Assembly (NCBI GenBank): GCA_038126035.1
Contig: JAYPEY010000013.1
Location: forward strand, 9,547-73,546
Reading direction: 5' to 3'
Length of the DNA stretch: 64,000 bases
From: Verrucomicrobiales bacterium
Lineage (GTDB): Bacteria; Verrucomicrobiota; Verrucomicrobiia; Limisphaerales; JAYPEY01
Part shown: in pieces, positions 26,301 through 38,300 of the stretch
Layout of the letters: every line of letters begins with the position of its first letter
Numbering within the stretch: the first letter of the stretch is position 1
The notes under the pieces: generated by a model
The model's input: the letters and a program-made list of their open reading frames with translations, nothing else
Databases searched by the model: none
What the model was told of the DNA's origin: nothing
Translations under genes and position numbers: made by a program

Positions 26301-29300
26301 CAACGTGGAGCTTCACCTCGGCGACGGAACGACCAACTTCGTCAGCATTACCGAGGGCTCGGGAGCCTTCCTGGTCACCAGCGCCGGTCTGGCCGGTTCG
26401 ATCGGGGGCGCGGTTGCCGTCAATATCGCCGGCGTCTCGCTCTCGGGTTCCTTCTCCATCGCGATCAACAACACCATGGCCGCGGTGAACGAATCATTCC
26501 GCGTTGGAACCTCCACAATCAATCTCTCGGTCCCGGCCGGCCCTTACGTGCGAATCGAAGGCCAGGGCGTGAATCTGACCATTGCCGGCCAGACCTTGAG
26601 CGGCAACTTCGCCTTCGAACAGTCCGTCCGCGCGGATGGCTCCCAGATCGTCAAGGTGTCGGCGACCAACGTGGAACTGCATCTTGGCGGCGCCACGCCG
26701 ATCGTCAGCCTGACCGGAGGCGAAGGCGCCTTCCTGATCACGCCGCAAGGCCTGGCCGGACGCGTCGGCGGCTCCATCTCGGTCAATGTCCCGAGCGTCT
26801 CCTTCTCCGGTGAATTTGAACTGGAGATCAACAACACCATGACCACGGTGAATGAGACCATCCCCGGCCTGGCGCAGCCGCTCACCCTGCCGGCCGGTCC
26901 TTACCTCCGTGTCTCCGGCTCGAACGTCATGCTCGACGTGCTTGGGCAGCGCCTGAACGGCGACTTCGTCTTTGAGCAGATGACCAACGCAGCCGGTCAA
27001 CAGATCGTGCGGGTCGGCGCGAACAACGTGATGCTCTCGCTCGGAGGCAATCCCGGCGAGGACGCGCTGGTCGAGGTCAGTCAGGGATCCGGCCTGTTCG
27101 TGCTGACGTCCTCCGGCATCGCAGGCAGCCTGAGCGCGATGGTCGCCGTGGACGTCACGGGCGTCCGGTTCGACGGCAGCTTTACGGTGGATATCAACAA
27201 CCGCCTCGTCGCCGTTCAGGAAACCATGACGGTGAATGGATCCACGCTGATGCTGGATCTTCCCGCCGGTCCGTTCCTGCGCGTTACGGGCAACGACGTC
27301 AGCCTGACCGTCCTGGGCCAGACGCTTTCCGGCGATTTCGTGTTGGAACGTTACACCAATCCCACAGGAACGCAGTATACACGGGTCGCAGCCTCCAATG
27401 TGAGCCTGTCGTTGACCGACGGAACCAACCAGATTCTGCAGGTCAGCAACGCCGAGGGTTACTTCCTCTTCAATGACGCCGGCATGGCCGGCAGCCTCAG
27501 CGGCGATGTCGCGGTCACCATCCCGGGTGTCACGCTGACCGGCACGCTGGGCCTCGAGATCAACAACACCGACGCCGCGGTGAAGGAGGTGTTCACCATC
27601 CGGACGGTCGAGACCACCTTGGACCTCCCTGCCGGCCCCTACCTTCGTCTCACGGGCGACGATATGAACCTGGCCATCGCCGGCGTCATGCTGAAAGGCA
27701 ACTTCTCCTTCGAACAGCGCGCGACTCTCGGCGCTGACGAAACGGCGGACACCCCGGACGACGGAACCGCAATCTTCGTCGCGGCCAGCGAGATCGAATT
27801 TGGCATCGGCGACGGGAACCGCGAATTCGTCCGCGTCACCCAGGGCTCCGGTTCCTTCGTCATCCGTGACGGCTCCATGGCCGGCGAACTCGGCGGAAAT
27901 GTGGCGGTCGATATTCCGGGCGTCGAATTCGACGGGGATTTCAAGGTTCAGATCAACAACGGATCGACCGCGGTGAACGAGAAACTCAAAGTGGGCGGAA
28001 AGACGGTCGAATTGAACCTGCCCGCCGGTCCGTTCCTGCGCATCGAGGGAGGCGCGGTGACTCCGATCGAAATGACCATCGCCGGACAGAAGATCGGCGG
28101 CTCCTTCGCCATCGAACAAACCAAGGCCGCCGGCGTCGACGGGACGCTGGGCACCATGGACGACACGCAGGTCGTCTCTGTCGCTGTCGCCAACCTGACC
28201 CTGAAACTCGGCGCGGGCGGAACGGACTTTGTGACTGTCAACGACGGGTCCGGGGCCCTGCTCATCGACGGTTCCGGCATTGCCGCCGATTTCACACTGA
28301 GCGACGTGGACTTCGCCATCCCGGGAATCGCGGTGACGGCCACCACGATCCGCTTCCAGATCAATACACAACCCATGGCGGTTCAGGAGACCTTCAAGGT
28401 CGGCCAGGGCGACGTCAGTCTCGATCTGCCGCCCGGCTCCTTCATCGGCGTAATGATCGAAGGCGCCAGCCTGCGGATTGGCGACGCTTCCGGGCCGATA
28501 ATCTCCGGCAACTTCTTCTTCGACCAGAGTTCCCGCGATGATGGGCAGGGCGGCACGGTCAGCGTGACCCGCATCGCCATGAGCGATGTGGCCATCACGG
28601 TCGACGACCAGGGAATCACCGAGGGAACCGGCGCCTTTGTGATCCTTCCGGCAGATCCGGCCATCCCCGGGTCCGGCGGCATCGCGGGCACGCTGTCCGG
28701 CAAGGTGGCGGTCGGAGCCGGCGGCGCCAGCGCCAGCGGCAGTCTCGGCCTGAAGATCAACAAGACCAAGCAGGCGGTCGATGAGACCATTGTCATCGGC
28801 GGGCGCACGATCCGAATCCGCTTCGCGGACGGCGCGGATGTCTTCCAGTTCTTCGGCAGCCTCAGCCTCAACATTGCCGACTTCGTGGTCATCGAGGGCA
28901 GCTTCACCTTCAATGGCGACGAGCTTGCCGCCACCAACGCCAGCATCTTCATGGGCGAAGGCCCAGGCCTGTTGGATGACGGTGAAATCAACCCGGACGC
29001 AAAGGGCGTGCTGCTCCACAACGCCACGTTCGGTCTGGTCAAGGTCGGTCCTGAAGGCAGCGAGACCTGGGCCCTGTTCGCAGAGGGTGACGTGAAATTG
29101 CTCGGCGTCCCGGACGTGACCATCGAGGGCCGGGCGCAGATCAAGGTGAACAACACCGGCGCCGATGTGAGTCGCACCATCACCATCGAAGATCCCGAGG
29201 GCGGTCCTTCGCAGGATGTCGTCGTAAACGTCGCCGACGGCGCGTTGCAGTTCGAAGGCGACCTGAATCTCGACATCGCCGGCCAGATTCTTCGCGGCCG

Positions 29301-32300
29301 CTTTGGCTTCACCCAGGAACTGGTGAACGGGACCCAGGTCCTCACCATCACCGCCAGCGGCGTGACCATCTCCCTGGGCGGCGGCGACACGCCGATCGTC
29401 AGCGTGACAAACGGCCAGGGTGTCTTCCGCTCCATGGCCGGCGGCATTGCGGGAACCCTCGTCGCGGACGTCAACATCAACATTCCTGGCGGCGCGGCCT
29501 CCCTGATCGGCCAGTTCAGCGTGATGATCAACACTGTCGGAACCGCGGTCACCTTGCCGCCAGCGACGCAGGGCGGTCAATCGACCATGTTGCCGGCCGG
29601 ACCTTACCTGAAGGTCGAGGGCTCCGGCGTCCAGTTGACGGTTCTCGGCCAGACCGTCTCCGGCAACTTCAGCATCGAGCAGTATCAGGGGCAGGCGGTC
29701 GGCGACGCCGGCACGCCGCCCAAGCGCATCAAGATCGCCGCCACGAATCTGAGTTTCAATATCGCCAACGTCGTCACCCTGAGCCAGGGCGAGGGCTTCT
29801 TCGTCATCAACGAAAACGGCCTTGCCGGCCGCGTCGGTGGCGCAATCGGGTTCAGCATCCCTGGCGGCGCGGTCGATTTCTCCGGCAAATTCAGTCTCGC
29901 AATCAACAACACCGGGCAGGAGATCGTCGAGGGCTTCCGGATCAACAATGAGAACCACACCCTGACGCTGCCCGCCGGCCCCTACATCCGCGTCGAGGGC
30001 GAGGATATCCGCCTCCGGTTGGCCGGCCAGACCATCTCCGGCGACTTCTCCTTCGAGAAGGCCACAACCGCCGGCGCAACGCCTGTCGATGTAGTGAAGG
30101 TCGCAGCGACCGATGTCACCGTCGGTCTGGGCGACGGCACGACCAACTACGTGTTGCTCAGCGAGGGCGAGGGCCTGCTCCTGATCGATCAGAACGGCAT
30201 GGCCGGCTCCATCTCCGGCAGCATCGCCGTGAACATCCCGGGCGTCAGCCTCAGCGGCGATCTGTCCGTCCTGCTGAACAACACCAACAGCGAGGTGAAC
30301 GCGCAGTTCATGGTTGGCGGCGAGACGAAGACGTTGAATGTCCAGGCTGGCCCGTTCGTGCGCGTCGAGGGAACCGGTCTCACGCTGACCGTGGCCGGGC
30401 AGTCGCTCAGCGGACACTTCGCCTTCCAACAGGAAACCAAGGCCGACGGCGAGCGCATCGTGACCGTCGCGGTGACCGGCGCCTCGATCGATATCGGCGG
30501 GCTCAGCCTGAGCATCCCGACCGGCGCCTTGTTGATCAACTCCGCGGGGCTGGCCGGCGAGATCAATATCAGCTCCTCGATTGATTTCGGTTCCGTCTCG
30601 TTCAGCGGAAACATCAAGATCTCGATCAACAACACCAACCAGGCGGTGAACCAGAACTTCACGGCCGGCGGCAAGACCTTCAACCTGAGCCTGCCTGCCG
30701 GTCCTTACCTCCGCGTCGGCGGCACGGGCATCAACCTGACCGTCCTCGGCCAGACCCTCACCGGCGATTTCTTCTTCGAGACCTCGATGAATGAGTTCGG
30801 ACAGCGGTTGACCAAGGTTGCGGCGGCCAAGGTCACCCTCAATCTCGGGGGCGTGGTCAGCGTGACGAACGGGCAGGGCGTCTTCCTCCTCGACAGCACG
30901 GGGATGGCCGGTCAGTTGAGCGCCTCGGTCGGATTGAACCTGCCGGCAGGAATCACCTTCATGGGCGACTTCAAGCTCTCGATCAACAACCGCAACCTGC
31001 CGGTGAATGAGACTGTGTTCGTCGGCGGTCAGGCCCTGAACGTCAATCTGCCGATGGGCCCGTACCTTCGCATCGAAGGCAACAACATCAACCTCAACCT
31101 GCTGGGCCAGACTCTGACCGGAAACTTCGCCTTCGAGAAGGTTGCGACGCCGGAGGGCGGCTCGGTCGTGCGTCTTGCCGCCTCGAACGTGAATCTGCGC
31201 CTCGGCGACGGAACGACGGATATCGTCACCCTGACGAACGGTTCGGGCAGCTTCCTGATGGTCTCCGGCGCCAACGGCGGCATGGCCGGCAGTCTCAGCG
31301 GCACGGTCGGCGTCAATATCCCGGGCGTCACCCTCCGCGGCGACCTTTCGCTCTCGATCAACAACATGGCCACGGCGGTCAATGAGACCTTCACCGTCGG
31401 CGGCTCCAATGTGACCCTCAATCTCCCCGCCGGACCGTATCTGAAGGTTGAGGGCACGAGTGTGGAACTCGACATCGTCGGACAGAAACTCACCGGCGAC
31501 ATCGGCTTCGAGCAGGTGACCAAGCCGACCGGCGACAAGGTCGTCAAGGTCGCCTTCAACAACGTCGGCCTTGAGTTGGGCGACGGGACCACGCCTTACG
31601 TGGTTGTCCAGAACGGCCAGGGCACGCTGTTGATCGACGGGCTGGGCGTCGCAGGCAAGATCAGCGCCGACCTCTCCCTGCAGAACATCACGGATGTCAC
31701 GCTTTCCGCCCGGGCGGTGATTTCGATCAACAACCGCAACAGCGCTGTCAGCGAGACCTTCACCATCGGCAGCGGCGCCAGCGCGACCAGTATTGACCTC
31801 AATCTGCCGGCCGGTCCGTTCCTGCGCGTCGAGGTGAATGACGTGAATCTCTCAATCTTCGGGCAGACGCTGTCTGGCGACTTCGCCTTCGAGCAGGTCG
31901 TCACCACGGGCGCCATTCCGAGCCGCGTTGTCCGGGTGGCCGCGAACGATGTCTCCCTCGGCATAGGCGACGGCACGACCGACTTCGTGACGATCTCCAA
32001 CGGGCAGGGCGCCTTCGTCATCAACAATGTCGGCATGGCCGGTCGCATCGGAGGAACGGTTGCGGTCAATGTGCCCGGCGTCGACTTCTCGGGCACATTC
32101 CAGGTCGCGATCAACAACACGAACCGGGTCGTCAACGAACAGTTCACGGTCGATGGCCAGACTCTGAACCTGAATCTGCCCGCCGGTCCGTATCTGTCCG
32201 TGGAGGGAACCGGTGTGAATCTCACGGTCGCCGGCCAGACCCTGCGCGGCGATTTCGCCTTCGAGCGTCAGACGACCTTCGGTCCGGACAACCTTCCCGG

Positions 32301-35300
32301 CACAGGCGACGATGTTGTCCTGGTTCGCGTCGCCGCGAAGAACGTTGAACTCCGGTTGGGCGACGGTTCGACGGATTTTGTGACCATCACTCGAGGACAG
32401 GGCGCGTTGCTCGTGAGCCCGAGCGGCCTGGCCGGCGAGTTGAGCGGCACGGTGACGGTCAATGTCCCGGGCGTCACCTTCACCGGAAACTTCGGCCTCG
32501 CGATCAACAATGGCTCCAGCGCGGTGAAGGAATCCTTCATGGTTGGCGACGACCAGATCGACCTCGATCTCCCTGGCGGCCCTTACGTGCGTGTTTCTGG
32601 AACCAACGTGCAATTGGGACTGCTGGGACAGAGCCTCAGCGGCAACTTCTCCTTCGAGAAACAAACCTCGACCCCGATGGGCGGAACAGGGCGAAGTGTC
32701 GTGCGGATTGCCGCGTCAAATGTCCGCCTCGGCCTCGGTGACGGCACAACCGATTACGTCGTCGTCAGCAATGGCAGCGGCTCGCTCCTCGTCACGCCCG
32801 AAGGTCTGGCCGGCGAGATCATGGCCACGGTCAGTCTCAACGGCATTCAGAACGTCTCGTTCACCGGTGACTTCGGCATCCAGATCAACAACACGATGCA
32901 GGCCGTCAATGAGACCTTCCAGGTCGGCGGCACGAGCCAGACCTTGACGCTGCAGGCCGGACCGTTCCTCAGGGTCGAAGGCTCCAACATCAGCCTCTCC
33001 GTCCTCGGCCAGACATTGACCGGCAGCTTCGCGTTGGAACAGACCCAGACCATGGCCGGCGGCAAGGTCGTGCGCGTCGGGCTCACCGGCGTCGGTTTGC
33101 AACTGACCAGCAGTGGCAACACGATTCTCGACATTACCGGCATCAGTGGCTCCTTCATCATGACGCCCCAAGGTATGGCGGGCTCCATCAGCGTGCCGTT
33201 CGACAAGACCATTACCATCGGCGGCAACGATCTGTTCCGCCTGAACACAAATCTCAAGATCGAGGTGAACAACATCGCCGCCGCGGTGAAGGAGTCGATC
33301 ACGGTCAATGGAACCACGGTCTCGATGGATCTGCCGGCCGGTCCGTTCCTGCGCGTGTCGGCGTTGAACACCAATCTGATTCTCGATCCGTCGGGCACAA
33401 CGCCTTACACCCTCAGCGGCAACTTCGTCTTCGATCAGGCCACCAAGATGGTGGATGGCTCGCCGGTCAAGATCACCCGGATCGGCGCTGCCAATGTCAC
33501 CTTCAGCAACGACGCCGGAGCCTCGTCGAGCGCCTCCGGCTCCATGGTCAAGGCCACCGGGGCCCTGGTCATCCTGCCAACGGGTGTGGCCGGTGTGTTG
33601 GCGGGTGAGGCCGCGGTCGGCGCAGGCGGGTTCTCGGTCGGAGCGACGCTGGGTGTGAAGATCAACACGACCGACGGCACGCAGGGCATCGACGAGACCA
33701 TTCAGGTCGGCGACGAACAGGTTGTTGTCCGCTTTGCACAGAGCACCGTGGCGAATCCGACCACGGGCGTCAGCTTCTTTGCCCAGGACCTTGAGATCAA
33801 TATCGGCGACTTTGTCACGGTCCACGGAAACGTCGCCTTCCGCTCCGTCAACGGTCTCCGGACCTTTGCCGGCGACGGCATCGAGCTCTTCGTCGGACAG
33901 GGACCCTACGAGTTGTCCAAGGGCGTCAAGAACCCGGATGCGATCGGCGTGCTCCTCACCAACGCGCGCGTCGGCATGATCGACTACGGCGGCGGCAAAT
34001 ACGCCCTCGTCGCCTCCGGCGACATTGCGCTGGTCGGATTGAGCGGGTTGACCGTGACCGGCACGGCGTCCATCCGCGTCAACAACTCCGGCATGGTGGT
34101 CAACCAGTCGCTCGAAGTTCCGAATATCACGACCGGCGGCTCGACGATCGATGTCATGTTCGGCAGCACGGGCGAGGTGTTCGATTTCACCGGCACGGTG
34201 AATTTCAATGCGGCCGACATCTTCAAGGTCGGCGGCGCGATCGCGATCAGCAAGAAGCCGAACGGCGAGGTCAACATCGCCATCAACAACGCCAGCATTT
34301 CCATAAATGTCGATGACGAAGAGGTGTTCGCCATCAACGCGGCGGCCACCTTCTCCATCGGCGGCGCCGAGGGCTTCAAGTTGCAGCGCATCAAGGTGAA
34401 CGGCTTCTCGGTCTTCGGCGTCGGCGCCACGGTCAGCAGCCCGCGGATGCAGGTGAGCTTCCCGACCGCCGATCTCCTGAAGCCCTACGCCGGCCAGAAC
34501 GTCAATCGCAACGAGCTCAACAACGAGGGTTCGATCTTCATTCGCTTCAACGACCCGAACGGCGTGGGCGTCAATGAAAGCTCCATCACCGATTCCTCGC
34601 CCGAGTTTGATGTCCTGGTGAACGGCTCCGTGGTCAGCGGCCTGAGCGTCAACGGCGCGGGCGTGTTCGTCAGCCCGGGCGTCTACCGCTACGACTTCAC
34701 CGGCTCGTTCCCGCAGAATGGCGAGGTGGTCATCGCCTTCCGCGGCCAGTCCTGGTCGGACAACAACGGCATCAACAACAACATGGAGAGCGAGTCGTTC
34801 TTCATCTCGACGCCGAACCTCCAGGGGCAGCTCCCGCCGCCCGCGCCGACCGCGCAGCTCGCCAATCCGATCAGCGGCGAGGCTATCACCTCCGGGTCCA
34901 TCAACGGCAAGCGCTTCATCGATGTCACCTTCATGGCCAAGGGAATGGGCGCGATCAACCCGATGACCATCAACGGCGACGAGTTCACCCTCAGCGGGAC
35001 GGGCATCCAGGATGTCGCCCTGCACACCGACGGACGCCCGATGTTGGTGGGCAGCCCGGTCTTCAAGTCCGGCACGACCTGGCGCTACTACCTGAAAGAC
35101 AAGAACGCCGCGAACGACCTCGACCTGTTCAAGGCCGGCGATGTCACCGTGACCTTCCGCGCGAACTCCTTCAGCACGATGGCGGTGACCGACGACGACG
35201 GCGCCGTGGTCGAGGCGGTGGCCTCCAATGTCTCCAAGTTCCAGTCCTTCACCATCGAGCCGCTCGCTCCGGGCGCGACCGCCGCCTCGAACGCCCTTTC

Positions 35301-38300
35301 CATCGGACCGCTCTCATTGCAGGGGCCGACCATCGGGATCGAGGATGTGGCCTTCAAGGATGGCCTGCTCTATCTGACCGTCGGAATTGGCGTGAACCGC
35401 GCCAGCCTCTCCTTCGGCGGCTCGACCAACGCCACGACCGGCATGTCCGATCAGCAGTCCAGCAGCGGCATCAAGGCGGACCTCGTCGGGGTGATGGGAA
35501 CCTTCGATATCGGCGTCGATGTCTTCGGCCTGCTCAGTGGCAATGTCCGGGTGGATGTTCCCGGCAAGTTCAGCCTGCGCGTCGCCGGTCTTGACGTGGA
35601 GGTCCCGAACGTGGTCAAGATCGGCGCGACCGGCATTCTCATCCAATACGACCCGGCCGGCATGGATGATCAGGAACTGGTCCGGATTGAATCGGCCTCG
35701 ATCGAGTTCCCGAAGGTGAACATCAGCGGCCGCATCGATCCGTTCGACCCGCAGCCAAACAATCCGGACAACGAACTCATCCCCGGACTGATCGTGCGCA
35801 AGAACGGGTTCCGGATCGGTCAGGCCCAGATCTGCTATGGTTGTGTCGACCGCCCGAACAACGGCACGCTGATGGGCAACCAGACCTCGATCAAGTTTGG
35901 CAGCGTGCTGGAACTGGACGACATCCGCATCGGCGTCACCAACTTCGAGGTCAACTTCGACGCCGAGAACCCGGTTGTCTTCAACGGCTCCATCTTCATC
36001 GCCTCGGGCGGCGCCAAGCTCTTCCCGGGCAGCACGGCCTTCACCGCGACGATCAGCGACCGCATGTCGTCGAACGACAGGAACGCCGATGGATCCGACA
36101 ATACCGAGGCCGTTCGCGCGGATCTCACCTTCGTCGATGGACGCGTCGATGGCTTCAAGTTCAAGATCGACACCCTGGCGATCAAGGTGAACAGCTTCCT
36201 CACGCTCGACGCGGTCGATTTCATGCTCGACACATCCGCCGGACCGACAGAGGAGATGGTCTCCTTCGGCAAGGTCGGGGCCAAGGTGAAGATCGGCTCT
36301 TTTGAAATCGGCGGCGAAGGCCGGAACTTCGCCTTCCTGGGCGACGGCACCTTCAAGGCAAAGGCGGGATTCAGCGTGACCCTGGAAGTGGGCAGCGCTG
36401 GCGGCAAGGGCTTCAAGTGGCCCAAATGGCTGCCCATCAAGATTCGCAAGATCGGGCTCGAATGGCGGGACTTTGAGAATGATCCAGGCGATATGGTCAT
36501 CTCGCTCAGCGCGTCGATCGTCGGCATCCAGGGCCTGGAGAAGGGTCTCGAATTCTCCGGCACGATCGAGGGCATCAAGATTCAGCCCAGCCTGCTGCGC
36601 GACGGCAAGTTCCCCATCATCGACATCGCCTCCATTGGCGTGACGGTCCGCGGAGGCGTCTTCGGCGGCAAGCTCGACGCCACCCTGATCGGCGGCATCA
36701 TGAAGCTCGATGCCGACGGCAATAAGATCGATCCGTTCGACACGACCACCGAGGTGGCCGACCGCGTGTTCTTCGCCGGCGTGCAGGGCGCCTTCGAGAT
36801 GGCCGGAGCCGCCGGCTTCGAGATCCGCTTCGCGCTGTCGGAGCTTGGACCTCTGGGCGTCTACATCGGGGCGAGCATCCCCGGCGGCATCGTGTTGGAG
36901 CCGAATTCCGGGCTGGCCATCAACGACTTCGGCGCCGGCGTCGAATTCTTCAAGGCGCTGCCGGCGATCGACGATCCGTTCAAGTTGCGCGACCCGGACT
37001 TTGACACCCCGAGTCAGATCACGGCGGAGCAATGGCTGGGGCTCGTGCAGGGCCAAGTGGTGTCGCAGTACAAGCGCATCAAGGCAAATCCGGGAACCAG
37101 CGGCTTTGCGGCGGCGTTCACCTCGCCGATGACCATCACCGGCACGGCGAAGATCTACTCGATCTACACCTCGGAGCACACCTTCAACGGCCAGGTCACC
37201 ATCAAGTTCAGCACTGACGGCAAGATTCTGATCATTGGTCAGCTCAACTTTGCGGCCGGCGCCATCAGCATGAGCGCCAAGCTCTACGCCGATCTTTCGA
37301 ACATCGCGGAGGGCGACGTCACCATCCTCTTCCTTGCGGACATCCCGGACCAGGTGCGCCTGCTCACCATTCACGGCAAATTCAAGATGGGCTTCAAGAA
37401 CCCGCAAGGGGAGGAGGTCGAATTTCTCGTCACCGACTCCATGCCTGAAAGCGTGGTCTCCATGAGTCCGACGGTGGAACTGGTCGACGCCGAAGAGAAT
37501 ATCGACATCTCCGTGATCCAGGGCCGCACCTCGACCGGAACAACGGTCAGCGGCACGACCCACACGAATGCCTACTACTTCGATGTCATCTATACTGCGC
37601 CGACCGGAGCCAATCTTGATTACGACTCCATTCTCGACAGCGCCGCGGAGATCACCCTCCTGCTGAACGGAGTGACGGTTGCCCACGACGGTGTTCCGGT
37701 TCCGGTCGAGACCTCGATCACCTCGGAAGGCGTTCAACAGGCAACCCTGCTTACCGGCACAAGCAAGGCCGATCTGATCTCGAAGATCACGAAGAAGGAC
37801 ATCAGCCAGTTCCGCTACTTCATCACGGCGCCGAACTTCTCGTTCCAGCGCGGGACGGTGGAAGGCAGGATCATCGACGGAACATTCAAGAACGCGGACA
37901 CCACCATGGAGGACGGCACGAACGTCACCGGAACCTCCAATTCCGAGGCCACACGCACCTTCACCATTCATGGAACGGCGGCCGATGTGATCAGTCCGGC
38001 AGTCGGAACCGGCGTTGACGTCAACGCGTTGAACCGTCGCAACTATCTGGATGTCACCTTCATGGCCCCGTCCGGCCTGACCCTCGACCCGGACACGATT
38101 CTGGACCTGACACCCGAGTTCCGCCTGACCGGAACCGGAGTGGGTTCGATTCAGCTCGATGACGCCCAGGCTCCGCTCCGGCTCGCCGATCCCTCCGGCG
38201 GCGGTATGGCCTTCCGATTCTGGTTGAACGGCGAGTTCGCCGCGACCGGCATGGTCACATTGACCTACTTGGGCAATTCCTGGGGCTTCACAACCACGCC

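Larger units (their letters stand above)
4800..34430 (+). repeat. Tandem array of ~75-80 diverged ~120-125-aa beta-rich repeats (unassigned family)
   Basis: Period ~360-375 nt. Example unit 16759-17124 (122 aa): LPAGPYLRLEGNGAVINVGGQSISGDFSVERVTRMDDSQVTRIAASNVEVRIGNGVTDYVTLTNGSGLFLATQAGIGARLSGTVSVGVPGVSMSAALTFEINNTNAAINETFEVGGQSETLN. Conserved anchors are LPAGP(Y/F)(L/V)R(I/V)EG, GQxLSGDFxFEQ, LGDGTTDFV(S/T)(L/V)TNGxG, AG, PGVx(F/L)xGxFx(L/V)xINNTxxAVNE and VGG. Units are strongly diverged at both nucleotide and amino-acid level; the two I aligned by eye share roughly two-thirds of their nucleotides. Confidence 0.9.

Noticed and set aside
6380-33360. Recurrent L-P-A-G-P motif as a sortase (LPxTG) or other sorting signal.
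   Set aside because: It lacks the T-G of LPxTG and occurs dozens of times internally, once per repeat. It is followed by more protein and not by a hydrophobic tail, so it is a structural repeat motif.
4800-34430. Could the regular ~360-375-nt periodicity be a CRISPR array, a satellite or an assembly artefact?
   Set aside because: The period is far longer than CRISPR repeat-spacer units and there are no short exact direct repeats. The periodicity sits at the protein level, within one open frame. Units are strongly diverged at the nucleotide level, which argues against collapse or duplication by an assembler. Long-read confirmation is still advisable.
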